Below the pieces are notes generated by a model, which saw only the letters and a program-made list of their open reading frames with translations, had not been told where the DNA came from and ran no database searches. Shown here in pieces: positions 19,456 to 29,118 of a DNA stretch of 47,719 bases. Numbering within the stretch: the stretch's first letter is position 1; the number at the start of each line of letters is the position of its first letter. The DNA lies in contig JALDAF010000001.1 in NCBI GenBank assembly GCA_022729315.1, forward strand, positions 1 to 47,719. The letters are read 5' to 3'. This DNA comes from Candidatus Nanohalalkaliarchaeum halalkaliphilum (lineage in GTDB: Archaea; Nanohalarchaeota; Nanosalinia; Nanosalinales; Nanohalalkaliarchaeaceae). Both the position numbers and the translations under genes were made by a program.

Positions 19456-19578
19456 TGTAAACCACGTAAACAGTTAGTCGGTGGTGATATAAAAAGTATG
19501 TGCCCGGCCCGGTGGTGTGGATCGGTTACCGGAATCTTGAACTATGGATTTAAAACTTGTTTTTACCAGTAACAAGGT

Positions 19579-19905
19579 ATGGGACAGGACAGTAAACGGT
19601 TCAAGGCAAAGCATAACAGTCCATTCAACGCGGACTCTGCGACGATCATGCATGGAAAGGGATCGTTCGTTGTTGACTTCAAGCAGACCACGCCACGACT
19701 GGACAAGATAGATGACTCGAAGCAGCACACCGTGATCACGGAACACAATGCGGTGGTGCTCCGTCCACGGATGGCAAAGATCCTTCTTCGACTTCTGGAG
19801 GAGAACATCTCCAACTACGAGGAAAAGTTCGGGGAGATCGATATCCCGGAACGGAAAGAGGACATGGGTTCATCAACACCAGAGAACCACGGGTATATCG
19901 GGTAG
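19579..19905 (+). CDS. DUF3467-like protein
   Basis: FVVDFKQ...VVLRPRMAKILLRLLEENISNYEEKFGEI. Confidence 0.75.
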   Translation: MGQDSKRFKAKHNSPFNADSATIMHGKGSFVVDFKQTTPRLDKIDDSKQHTVITEHNAVVLRPRMAKILLRLLEENISNYEEKFGEIDIPERKEDMGSSTPENHGYIG

Positions 19906-20005
19906 CACATTCGTTCTCATATTTTCATCCTGGTGCAAGCACTGTGCATACGACTCAGTGATTCCACTGTCCTGGCACATGACACTCTTAAAGAGGTAGG
20001 ATGAT

Positions 20006-21586
20006 ATGGAACTACGTATGGTTGAGGAGAAACAGGAAACGGAAGTAGAAGCCTACATCCAGGTAACCGGCAACCTCTTCGAGTCGGTGCAGGACGGACC
20101 CGTGTTCAACGATTCAAAGACGTTCGTGGACTGTGTTCCGATCCAGCCACCGGAAGATATCATGGACGCGTTCCTGGAACGCCAGCCGGACACCCCGGAG
20201 GACCTGGAGGAATTCGTATACAACCATTTCCACGTTCCGGAGGAGCTGGCACCCACCGAGAACCAGCCGACCGGGAAACCGATGGAACGCCATATCCAGG
20301 ACCTGTGGAGCGTTCTGTCCCGGCCCGCACACGACGACGTATCACCGAACACCACGCTCATCCCGCTCATCCGGCCGTACATCGTGCCGGGCGGACGGTT
20401 CCGCGAGATATACTACTGGGACTCCTACTTCACCGTGGAGGGACTGGCAGCGTGTGGCCGGATGGATACAGTGGAGGACATGGTCCGAAACCTGGCATAC
20501 CTGGTTGAACGGTTCGGATTCATCCCGAACGGCAACCGCATCTACTACCTGGGACGGTCCCAGCCACCGGTATTTGCACTGATGGTTGACGTCCTCCAGC
20601 GGTACGGTAGGGAGGATGCTGCCGTCGAGCATCGCCATCACCTAAAACAGGAGTACCGGTTCTGGATGGACGGCCGCGACGCTGTTTCCCAGGGGGTGAT
20701 GGCACACCGCCGACTGGTCAGGCCCGACACGGACACCCACCTGAACCGGTACTGGGATGACCGGGCCACTCCCCGCCCCGAAGCATACGAGGAGGATACA
20801 CACCTGGCACAGGATGTTCCGGAGGAACACCGGAACGCGTTGTACCGCAACATCCGTGCCGCCTGTGAATCCGGATGGGATTTCAGCAGCCGCTGGTTCC
20901 AGAACCCGATGGACATGCGCACCATCCGCACCACGGAACTGCTTCCGGTCGACCTCAACGCATACCTCTACTTCATGGAGAAAACGCTTGCTGACCTGTA
21001 TGCAGCAGCCGGTGACGAAGAAACGGCGGCCCAGTACCAGTCCGCAGCAGAACAACGGAAGGCCGTGTTCGACCAGTATTTCTGGGACCCGGAAGAGCAG
21101 TACTACTTTGATCATGACTGGGTGAACGAGGCACAGACCGATACCTGGTCGCTTGCAGCAACCGTCCCACTCTTTGTCGGTCTCAGCTCACAGGAACAGG
21201 CCGACGCAGTCGCATCACACATCAAAGAACGGTTCCTGCATGATGGCGGACTTGTCGCGACCCTGAACGAGACCGGGGAGCAATGGGATTATCCGAACGG
21301 CTGGGCGCCCTGCCACTGGATGGCGGTCAACGGCCTCATCAGGTACGGCCACGACCAGCTTGCACAGGAGATCGCAGAACGATGGATCGGTCTCAACCAG
21401 GATGTGTATAACCGCACCGGGAAGATGATGGAAAAATACAACGTTGTCAACACGGAACTTGAGGCCGGTGGCGGCGAATACACCCTGCAGGATGGGTTCG
21501 GCTGGACGAACGGCGTCGCCATCGCATTCCTCAAAAACGCACTGATCACGGAAACCGACACACCACTTATCAAGGAAGCGGAGTGA
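20006..21586 (+). CDS. treF: Alpha,alpha-trehalase (GH37), no signal peptide
   Basis: DSKTFVD, PGGRFREIYYWDSY, RSQPP, ESGWDFSSRW, QWDYPNGWAP and QDGFGWTNG motifs. Confidence 0.95.
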   Translation: MELRMVEEKQETEVEAYIQVTGNLFESVQDGPVFNDSKTFVDCVPIQPPEDIMDAFLERQPDTPEDLEEFVYNHFHVPEELAPTENQPTGKPMERHIQDLWSVLSRPAHDDVSPNTTLIPLIRPYIVPGGRFREIYYWDSYFTVEGLAACGRMDTVEDMVRNLAYLVERFGFIPNGNRIYYLGRSQPPVFALMVDVLQRYGREDAAVEHRHHLKQEYRFWMDGRDAVSQGVMAHRRLVRPDTDTHLNRYWDDRATPRPEAYEEDTHLAQDVPEEHRNALYRNIRAACESGWDFSSRWFQNPMDMRTIRTTELLPVDLNAYLYFMEKTLADLYAAAGDEETAAQYQSAAEQRKAVFDQYFWDPEEQYYFDHDWVNEAQTDTWSLAATVPLFVGLSSQEQADAVASHIKERFLHDGGLVATLNETGEQWDYPNGWAPCHWMAVNGLIRYGHDQLAQEIAERWIGLNQDVYNRTGKMMEKYNVVNTELEAGGGEYTLQDGFGWTNGVAIAFLKNALITETDTPLIKEAE

Positions 21587-21592
21587 TACCAG

Positions 21593-21832
21593 ATGATAGG
21601 CGATGACGAACTCTACTGTCACCACCAAGACGAAAACACGGGGTACAGGATGGAACTGGTGGAGAACGGTATCGACACGATCGATGAATCAGGACGCCTC
21701 CGCCGTGGAGACCGGTACGAATGCATCCAACCGGACTGCGACACAGTGTTAATCACAGACTTTGGCCAGCCTTATGATCTGGACGGCATCACACAGGCCA
21801 TCAAACTCGTGTACGACGACAACCCACTATAA
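21593..21832 (+). CDS. Small hypothetical protein, possible metal binder
   Basis: 79 aa, acidic, CHH...CIQPDC; starts just after the trehalase stop with a GGAGTG SD. Confidence 0.6.
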   Translation: MIGDDELYCHHQDENTGYRMELVENGIDTIDESGRLRRGDRYECIQPDCDTVLITDFGQPYDLDGITQAIKLVYDDNPL

Positions 21833-21835
21833 CCG

Positions 21836-22654
21836 TTACTCGTGGTAGTGGCCGTACGCCACATGCGCAACAAGCGTCCCCTCCCCGTCCCGGAGGAAGA
21901 GGCGGTCACCGTCATTGTTCCACACCGGCCGCGACGCATCCCAGAACCGTTTATTCTCCGTGTCAATGCCGTCGCCGGAGTACAGCGTCACAGACCTGTT
22001 CTCAACCAGCACCGTTTCAGGAAACGTGTACCGTTTCGTCCCCGCATCACTCACCGTCCACCCCTCCATATTCACGGTATCACACCGGTTCCGGAACGTC
22101 ACGTTCTCCCCGTTCATGTTGAACCGGTCATCTCCCGGTGCATCCCAGTGAAAGGCGGTGATTGTTATACAGTCCGCTGCCGGCGACCGCTCCCACAGGT
22201 ACATCCCGCGTTCCCGTGCCTCCCCTTCAGCCGCCTGAAATGCCTCCATATACTGGTCCGGTCCAGCCGGATAGTACACCGTTGCCAGCCCCTCCTCGAC
22301 CAGCAACCGGTTCACGTTCACCCCATCAACATAGATATACCGTAACAACCGGTCGTACCGGTCACGCGCATCACCGATCGCCACCAGCGTCACGGTCTGC
22401 TCCTCCACCAGTTCGGCCAACCGTTCCATCGCCTCCTCCGCATACGGTTCACCGGTCTCAGTCGCATCCAGGCCCAGCAACCGCACCCGTTCACCGCTCT
22501 CCACGACCACCGTATCCCCATCAAGCACCGATTCAACGACCGTAACCTCTTCCAAGACCGCACCATCAGACGACTGACCAGCATAGGACTCGGCAACCAC
22601 CAGCCCACCCAGCACCACGACAAGCATCACCACCAGCTGCACACGCCGATCCAT
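21836..22654 (-). CDS. Membrane-anchored or secreted thermonuclease (SNase) with lamin-tail domain
   Basis: N-terminal TM; DGDT, VRLLGLDATE and DRYDRLLRY; LTD motifs GWTVSD and VWNNDGD. Confidence 0.9.
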   Translation of the reverse strand: MDRRVQLVVMLVVVLGGLVVAESYAGQSSDGAVLEEVTVVESVLDGDTVVVESGERVRLLGLDATETGEPYAEEAMERLAELVEEQTVTLVAIGDARDRYDRLLRYIYVDGVNVNRLLVEEGLATVYYPAGPDQYMEAFQAAEGEARERGMYLWERSPAADCITITAFHWDAPGDDRFNMNGENVTFRNRCDTVNMEGWTVSDAGTKRYTFPETVLVENRSVTLYSGDGIDTENKRFWDASRPVWNNDGDRLFLRDGEGTLVAHVAYGHYHE

Positions 22655-22766
22655 ACCCGGTATACCGCCACGCCACCATAAAAAACCTGCATCCCGTTCA
22701 GAACGGCTTAAAAGAATATGCGGCGAACAACACACTACAAACATTTCCCAGCGTCCCGATTTACAC

Positions 22767-22841
22767 GCCCCGATGGTGTAGTCAGGCCAATCATTTCAGC
22801 CTCTCGAGCTGAAGACCCGGGTTCAAATCCCGGTCGGGGCA
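22767..22841 (+). tRNA. tRNA-Glu (CTC), no intron, CCA not encoded
   Basis: Acceptor GCCCCGA/TCGGGGC, anticodon arm TCAGC-CT-CTC-GA-GCTGA and T arm CCGGG-TTCAAAT-CCCGG. Confidence 0.96.
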
Positions 22842-22897
22842 TCGCTTCGCTCTTTCCGCCCGTGATTCTGCGCTTCGCAACGCTTCGCGTGTGCTCA

Positions 22898-23054
22898 GGT
22901 TCAAATCCCGGTTGGGGCATTTTCCTAGGGATTTGAAGCCATAGAGGATTGCTTCGAGATCTTCCAAAGTTCAAATCTCAGTCAGGGCATTCACTTTGTT
23001 CATGTCCGGTCCCTCGATGTTTTACCTCGCACTGCTGGTGCTCGGGTTCAATTC
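22898..23054 (+). repeat. Degenerate copies of the tRNA-Glu 3' end (att-like)
   Basis: 22898-22920 (22/23 match), 22969-22990 (19/22 match) and 23043-23054 (T-loop fragment). Confidence 0.75.
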
Positions 23055-23107
23055 TTGACGTTCCGTAGGAACTTCTGCTTTAGAAATTCTCACAGAGAAT
23101 TTGGTAA

Positions 23108-24133
23108 TCAGTCGGTGGTTGGTTGTGGTGTATGGGGAGTGTCCTCTTTGAAGTATTTCATGGTGTAGAGGTCTTTGGTGACGACGAGGAGGATGGGGCC
23201 GATGATGACGCCTTTGAGGCCGATGGCGAGGGGTCCGAGGATGAAGCCGAGGAAGAGGAGGAACGGGTTTTCCTTTGTTTTGTATGCGCCGAACTGTGGG
23301 CGGAGCACGATTTCTGTGAACAGGTTGAGGACGGTGATGCCGTATATCATGATGCCGACCGCGATCAGGGTGTCTCCCTGGAGGTAGTACAGGATGGAGA
23401 GTGGGACGTAGATCATCGTGGCCGATATGATCGGGAGGAAGGCGAACATGCCGGCGAGGACACCCCACACCCAGTAATATTCGACGCCTAACAGGTAGAA
23501 TCCGGTGACGGCGAGGATGCCGACGATCGTGTCGACGATAAGGTAGGTTGTGAACACGCCGCGGAATAACTGGTCGATCGAGTGGGCGACCGCCTTTGCC
23601 GGGGTGCGGTATTCAGATGGGAACCGGTTTATCACGATGAATATGGCGTTGCTGATGCGTTTTCCGTCCTTTACGAGGAAGACAGTGATAACGAAGAAGA
23701 GCGCGAGATGGATGAGTGCGCCGGGCACGTTCAGGAGCATGCCGTGTACGGCGGTTTCGAACTGTGCCAGGATATCGAGTGAAACCTGTTCCAGTGCCTG
23801 TATGGTTTCCGGTGCCAGGTCGAACTGTTCCGCTACCACGTCCATGCCGTCTGTGATCGCTGCCAGGAACTGCTGTGAGATGATTGCAGCGACAGGGATG
23901 GCACTGATAACGAAGTATGCTGCACCGCCGACTATCACGAACAGCAGTAACATGGTGAGGCCGGCAGAGATCCGGGGGTTGGTTATGTACTGGTTCAGCT
24001 GTTCCTCCACGTGACGGAGAAAGTATGCGGTGAACACCGCCCATGCGATAGCGTCGAGAAACGGCCATATCAGCCACAGTGACACGGTGATCCCGGTCAT
24101 GGAGCCGATCAGGAACAGGGTTTCTGGCCGCAT
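23108..24133 (-). CDS. AI-2E family transporter
   Basis: WPFLDAIAWA, FLVKDG and GPLAIGLKGVIIGP motifs; multiple TM segments. Confidence 0.9.
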   Translation of the reverse strand: MRPETLFLIGSMTGITVSLWLIWPFLDAIAWAVFTAYFLRHVEEQLNQYITNPRISAGLTMLLLFVIVGGAAYFVISAIPVAAIISQQFLAAITDGMDVVAEQFDLAPETIQALEQVSLDILAQFETAVHGMLLNVPGALIHLALFFVITVFLVKDGKRISNAIFIVINRFPSEYRTPAKAVAHSIDQLFRGVFTTYLIVDTIVGILAVTGFYLLGVEYYWVWGVLAGMFAFLPIISATMIYVPLSILYYLQGDTLIAVGIMIYGITVLNLFTEIVLRPQFGAYKTKENPFLLFLGFILGPLAIGLKGVIIGPILLVVTKDLYTMKYFKEDTPHTPQPTTD

Positions 24134-24216
24134 ACCTGTTTATGGTATTGCACCCTATTTCTATCTAACCGTGTTTCAAGAGGATGGAAGAAAAGAAGGA
24201 TGTGGAGGATCGGGGG

Positions 24217-24408
24217 TCAGGAGGTGGTTCTCCGTCTGCGTCCCCGATCCTCCCGCTTGCGTGTTACCATGATGAGGCCGCCTTTCTCGATGAGCTGTAC
24301 CAGGTTGTCCTCGTCGCCGGTGAGGTCGGTCACATCAAACCTGTCATCGGTATCGTTGGCAGGATCGTCACGGGTTGTGTCGGTGTCTCGTTGGGAGTCA
24401 TAACACAT
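24217..24408 (-). CDS. Small hypothetical protein
   Basis: MCYDSQRDTD...LVQLIEKGGLIM...; acidic N-terminal half, GGTGA upstream. Confidence 0.35.
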   Translation of the reverse strand: MCYDSQRDTDTTRDDPANDTDDRFDVTDLTGDEDNLVQLIEKGGLIMVTRKREDRGRRRRTTS

Positions 24409-24589
24409 TGGGAGGAGCGTCACCTGACATCGGTGTACCGGCACGACCTTTAAGTGGCGGAACAGTTTTACCGTGGTTCCATTCATCTGTAACAGTTGCA
24501 TGGTGTGCATGTGTGGAACAGCTTGGATGGAATGGGTTGCCGGAGATAAAAAATGAGAAAAAGTTGGAGGGTTTGGGTGTCGGGATCAG

Positions 24590-25537
24590 TTAGAACGGCC
24601 AGCTGTCGCCGAACATACTGGATCCGGACAGACTGGTGCCGGTGTCCGTTTCCTGCTGCTGGTACTGGTCACCCGACTGTTCAGCTGCGGTTGCTGTTAC
24701 GTCACTGCCATCGTCTGCCTCATTGTATGCATCCTGCTGTCCCAGCTGTTCGCTGCGCTGCTCGGTGTGTGCTGTAGTGGTACTGTGGTCTCCGGTTGCA
24801 GCCGTGTTACCGGTCTGCCGATCGAACTGTGTCAGACCCTGTCGGCTGCCCGCCACGGTCAGGAAGCTATCCTCGCCGCTTTCCGCGTAGTTTCCAGTGT
24901 TCTGGTGTCCGCGTTGTTCACTGTCCTGTCCGGTGTATGCAGTATTTGTACTGTGGTCTCCGGATGCAGCCGTGTTCCCGGCCTGGTCACTGTACTGGCC
25001 GATATCCTGGTTTGAGGCGGCGATGGTGATGAAGCTGTCATCTCCACTGATTGCCGTGTTTGAAGCATCCTGTCCACTGGTCTGTGCATTGTTCTGATCT
25101 GTACTCGCTGTGTTGTTTGTGTTATCACCGGCGGCATGGGTTCCGGCGTCCTGTTCATTGTACTGGTCGCTTTGCTGGTTTGAGGCGGCGATGGTGATGA
25201 AGCTACCGTCACCGCTTTCCGCGGTGTTATCTGCGGCCTGGTAGCTGAGCTGGTTGTTATCCTGTGTGGTGTCTGCATCGTTCGCTGTCCCGTCACCGTA
25301 AGAACCGGTACTGGTTGACTGGGAGACCGCCTGACTGCTGCTTTGATCGCTTATGGCGAGCGTGAGGAAACTGTCATCGAATGTTTCTATCGAGGTTTCA
25401 ACATCCTGGTAAGTCTCTACAGGATCCTCGCTGATCTGCTGTGCATCAGCTATACTGATATCTGCTGCGACAGGTGCAGCAAGGAGTCCGACGATGATCC
25501 CTAAAACGGTCAGTAAGAGTAGATGGTGTCGATCCAT
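24590..25537 (-). CDS. Secreted Gln/Asn/Ser/Thr-rich tandem-repeat protein (amyloid or beta-solenoid-like)
   Basis: Signal peptide ending PVAA; 4 x 56-aa repeats, each two 28-aa units with Q-x3-Q-x3-Q; identical 30-nt blocks at 25007-25036 and 25175-25204. Confidence 0.85.
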   Translation of the reverse strand: MDRHHLLLLTVLGIIVGLLAAPVAADISIADAQQISEDPVETYQDVETSIETFDDSFLTLAISDQSSSQAVSQSTSTGSYGDGTANDADTTQDNNQLSYQAADNTAESGDGSFITIAASNQQSDQYNEQDAGTHAAGDNTNNTASTDQNNAQTSGQDASNTAISGDDSFITIAASNQDIGQYSDQAGNTAASGDHSTNTAYTGQDSEQRGHQNTGNYAESGEDSFLTVAGSRQGLTQFDRQTGNTAATGDHSTTTAHTEQRSEQLGQQDAYNEADDGSDVTATAAEQSGDQYQQQETDTGTSLSGSSMFGDSWPF

Positions 25538-25870
25538 GGTGACATAACAGGTACCGATGAACTGTTTAAATACAGCGTAATTTCCCAGTCCACCACTGGA
25601 AAAACGCTTTTACAGGCACAGAGCAGTATCGTGAAAGGGTACGATGATACGGCGCATCCCATCATTACCGGGAATATTGCCGGATAACACTAGTATGGAC
25701 GAAATGCATCCTGTTACTAACAACAGTCATGATTCGCCATGGTTACCTGGAACTGGTTTTGCTCCCCGGTGAACCTGGATCCAGGATAGTTCCATAGTTC
25801 CAGTGGAAGGAAGTAGCACCATAGCTTAACTGGTGGGGAAGATGAAATTAGTTCGTCCCCATGGAGCGCA

Positions 25871-27028
25871 TTACTGGGGGATCTTCACGTCCAGCAGATC
25901 CATGCTGTCCGGATCCATCTTCTCGATATCTCGGCGGACCCGTGTGATCTTCCGGAACAGGTGGTGCTGATCCTTTTCCAGCAGCGTGATGGCCTCACCT
26001 TCCGCACCCTGCCGACCGGAGCGGCCGATACGGTGCGTGTACGTGTCCACGGTGTCCGGCACGTCGTAGTTGAAGACGTGGGTGATGTCGTCGATATGGA
26101 GTCCCCGTGCTGCAACATCGGTCGCCACGATCACCTGCACGTTCTTGTTCTTGAACTTTTCAACCATCTGCTCGCGCTGGTGCTGGGACATATCACCGTT
26201 CAGTTCCTGAGCATCGATCCCGTTATCCCGAAGCACTTTGGCCACGAACCGTGTCGTGTTCTTGGTCCGGCAGAACACCAGACTCAGATCACGATCACGA
26301 TCCTTCAGCAACGTGTATAGCATTGAAAGCTTCCGGTTCGGCTTCACATCCACGTATTTCTCCTCGAGGTTGCGGGTGTGCTTGGTGCGCTTGATCTTCT
26401 TCACGATCGGATCAAGCTGGTATTTGTCCACCATGTCCCGTAGCTTCCGTGGAATAGTGGCGGAGAACCACAGGTCCTGTCGTTGCGGCGGGCAGTAGTC
26501 CATGATACCTTCCAGCTCGTCTCGGAACCCCATGTCCAGCATCCTGTCCGCCTCATCCAGCACAAAATAATCGATGTTGCTTACATCCAGTTTACCCTGG
26601 TTCAACAGATCCAGTACACGTCCTGGCGTACCGACCACGACGTTTGCAGTCTTCGCGCCCTCGATCTGCGGTTTGTACGAGACACCACCATAAATCGTCA
26701 GTACATCGACGTGGTCCAGTGCAAACTTCTTGAACTCTTTCGCGTTCTGCTTCGCCAGCTCCCGTGTCGGTGCCAGAACCAGTGCCTGCGTCTCATCATT
26801 ATTCGTCACGTTCTGTATGATAGGTAGTGCAAAGCACAGTGTTTTCCCTGAACCGGTTTCGGACTCTGCCAGCACATCCTCGCCCTCAAACACCGGTTTT
26901 ATCGTCTCTTCCTGTACTTTCGTCGGGTGTTCGATCCCGTCCTGTTTCAACCGTTCAACAATCTCCGGGGAAACACCCAGATCCTCAAACGTAACGTCCT
27001 CATCCGTCTCTATCGTTTCATCCATCAT
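25871..27028 (-). CDS. DEAD-box RNA helicase
   Basis: ETGSGKT, PTRELA, TPGR, DEAD, SAT, ARGL and HRIGRSGR motifs. Confidence 0.96.
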   Translation of the reverse strand: MMDETIETDEDVTFEDLGVSPEIVERLKQDGIEHPTKVQEETIKPVFEGEDVLAESETGSGKTLCFALPIIQNVTNNDETQALVLAPTRELAKQNAKEFKKFALDHVDVLTIYGGVSYKPQIEGAKTANVVVGTPGRVLDLLNQGKLDVSNIDYFVLDEADRMLDMGFRDELEGIMDYCPPQRQDLWFSATIPRKLRDMVDKYQLDPIVKKIKRTKHTRNLEEKYVDVKPNRKLSMLYTLLKDRDRDLSLVFCRTKNTTRFVAKVLRDNGIDAQELNGDMSQHQREQMVEKFKNKNVQVIVATDVAARGLHIDDITHVFNYDVPDTVDTYTHRIGRSGRQGAEGEAITLLEKDQHHLFRKITRVRRDIEKMDPDSMDLLDVKIPQ

Positions 27029-27147
27029 CCATCACAGATACATTATGTATACCAACCGTTTTGTAAGTACGGGTTTCCACATGCCGCCCAAGCTTTAAAT
27101 ACCGCAGCACATTCCTCGAAGCCCTGATAAAACCGGTTGAGCGGTCC

Positions 27148-27191
27148 CGGAACTGCCGGAACCAGTGGAACTACCACGTCCCGATATATAA
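27148..27191 (+). promoter_or_regulatory. Triple 9-bp GGAAC repeat plus TATA box
   Basis: cggaactgc-cggaaccag-tggaactac-cacgtcccga-TATATAA. Confidence 0.7.
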
Positions 27192-27217
27192 ATGGTGGTG
27201 GGAAATCAGGGTACACG

Positions 27218-27379
27218 ATGATGGAAATGGAATGTGATGACTGTGGTGCAGCAGTTGAGATAGACCTCGTTGATTATTTGAAACACAAGGAGGAGCAGGG
27301 AACCCTTCTCTGCTACAGTTGTAAACACAGCGTACTGCGCCGTGTCACCCGCCCAGACGTACACGCCGCAACCGCGTAA
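27218..27379 (+). CDS. CxxC-x22-CxxC zinc-finger microprotein A
   Basis: MMEMECDDCGAAVEIDLVDYLKHKEEQGTLLCYSCKH...; paralog at 32952-33101. Confidence 0.8.
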   Translation: MMEMECDDCGAAVEIDLVDYLKHKEEQGTLLCYSCKHSVLRRVTRPDVHAATA

Positions 27380-27514
27380 ATGCTATTTCTCCAACAAGGG
27401 GGCGTTACGCCCTCCCTGTTCCCCCCCCCTCTTTTCTCTTATTCTCTTCTACAGTATCTGGCCGGGACCGAATAATGGCGAACGCTTAAATGTCGTTATG
27501 TGCAATATACTGGT

Positions 27515-27769
27515 ATGACTGATGGAGACAAGATTTTCGATGGTTCGTCTGGTGAGGGCGATGATGAACGTAAGCATAAACGGCCGGTGCTGGAGAACAA
27601 CAGTCACGGGGCAGCGGCGTGGCTCCATAAAGACAAGAATGGGAACGCGTACCTGTCCATCCGTCTCCCACTGGGGCTTGGAAACCTGAACCTGTTCCCG
27701 GTGAATGATACGATGGAGGACGCCCTCAACCAGCTCTCAGAGTACCTTGACGAACAGAAGCAGGATTAA
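27515..27769 (+). CDS. Small hypothetical protein, DUF736-like
   Basis: GAAAWLHKDKNGNAYLSIRL resembles the DUF736 GAAW...G..YLS motif. Confidence 0.55.
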   Translation: MTDGDKIFDGSSGEGDDERKHKRPVLENNSHGAAAWLHKDKNGNAYLSIRLPLGLGNLNLFPVNDTMEDALNQLSEYLDEQKQD

Positions 27770-27848
27770 TCCGGTTCTTTGGTCATACATCGTTTTTCGG
27801 AGCAGGATTATCGTTATCTCTGCTTGTTCAGAACCATAACTGTATTCG

Positions 27849-28256
27849 CTACTCGGAGTGGGAAGGGGCATTTGTTTCTCTGTCAACAAGCTGAAACATC
27901 AGATCGAAGCTGTCGGGCAGCTGGATACGTGCATTGCGCAGTTCCTGTGTGGTCACTGCCTCGCTCATCGTGTACAGCACCACGTTCGACTGGAGCACTG
28001 CTTCCTCTTCCCCTGTGTTGCTCCTGTCTCTCACCCTGTTAACGAATTCACGGAGTGAAAAGGCCTGTTCTGATCCTGCCTCTACCATGTACCGGTTGAT
28101 TTCACGTGGAAGAGAGGATGCAAGGTCTGCTGTTTCTCCAGCCGGAAGCCGCTCTGCAACTGTCTGGAGTACTGCGCGTGTCGCCTGTGCACCATCGCTT
28201 TCGCTTTCCATGCCCAGTCGCCGGGTCACCAGGTAGATGAATCGATCGTAGTCCAT
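27849..28256 (-). CDS. DUF2267 family protein
   Basis: MDYDRF...ATRAVLQTVAERL...LASSLP...QLP. Confidence 0.85.
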   Translation of the reverse strand: MDYDRFIYLVTRRLGMESESDGAQATRAVLQTVAERLPAGETADLASSLPREINRYMVEAGSEQAFSLREFVNRVRDRSNTGEEEAVLQSNVVLYTMSEAVTTQELRNARIQLPDSFDLMFQLVDRETNAPSHSE

Positions 28257-28363
28257 CACATTCCAAGTTGACACCTGTATTTAAAACCGGTGCTGGGATA
28301 ATCATGATAGGATTAGTGTTGTACTGGTTCTGTTCGATCCCTGAAGGGTAGCAGTTCCGGAAC

Positions 28364-29083
28364 TCAGACAACTGAAATATATGTGAACTGTTGAACCCGC
28401 GTGGTTGAACGAGCGAACGACTGGAACGACTCATATGCGCCTTCCAGTACCGGTGCGCCGTGACCGGGGCATGCGGTCTCAAACCGAGGGATCCGGTCGG
28501 CAATATCGTGGATGCCCTGCGCCACCCCTGGAATACTGTAGTTATCCCACGCTACTGGCGGATAGAACTCGTTGTCTGCGGTCCGCACCAGATCCCCGAA
28601 GAAACACGTTCCTGAAGGTTCGTGGAGGTAGGCGGTATGCCCGGGATTATGGCCGGGACAGTGGTAGGCGGTGAACCCGCCCACAGTTTCCTCATCATCG
28701 ATCGGTACGGCCTCGATTCTCGGCACCACCCGCATCAATGCCCGGTGGACAGCGCCCTTGTGATGCAGAACTCCGGGTTTCCGTTGTTTGGCGAACAGGG
28801 ATGACGTGATACTGCTCGCGTACACCGTGGCATCCAGTTCCGGGCGGAGCGATAGCAGGCCGCCAAAATGATCGAGATCATAGTGCGTGATCAGCACCCG
28901 GTCGATATCTGCCAGGCGGTATCCCGCAGCCGTAATACTTTTCTTTAGACCACGCCGGTTCCACGGTAGGCCAGTGTCAACCAACGTTACTACGCCGTCA
29001 TCGTCCACGAGATACGCGTTCACCGTCCACCCGGGCAATGCGGCGAGACGGATCCACCATACATTGGTGGACAGTTGTTCCAT
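28364..29083 (-). CDS. MBL-fold metallo-hydrolase
   Basis: LVDTG, THYDLDHFG, PGHNPGH, GD and PGHG motifs. Confidence 0.9.
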   Translation of the reverse strand: MEQLSTNVWWIRLAALPGWTVNAYLVDDDGVVTLVDTGLPWNRRGLKKSITAAGYRLADIDRVLITHYDLDHFGGLLSLRPELDATVYASSITSSLFAKQRKPGVLHHKGAVHRALMRVVPRIEAVPIDDEETVGGFTAYHCPGHNPGHTAYLHEPSGTCFFGDLVRTADNEFYPPVAWDNYSIPGVAQGIHDIADRIPRFETACPGHGAPVLEGAYESFQSFARSTTRVQQFTYISVV

Positions 29084-29118
29084 TATAGGAGGTACTTGGA
29101 GAGTCTCCTACATATACG

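Noticed and set aside
22820..23054. CRISPR array
   Set aside because: The repeats are tRNA 3'-end derivatives, degenerate and few, and there are no cas genes in the window.
22843..25537. Intact integrated element at tRNA-Glu
   Set aside because: No integrase and no distant att copy was seen; the duplications are all within 220 nt.
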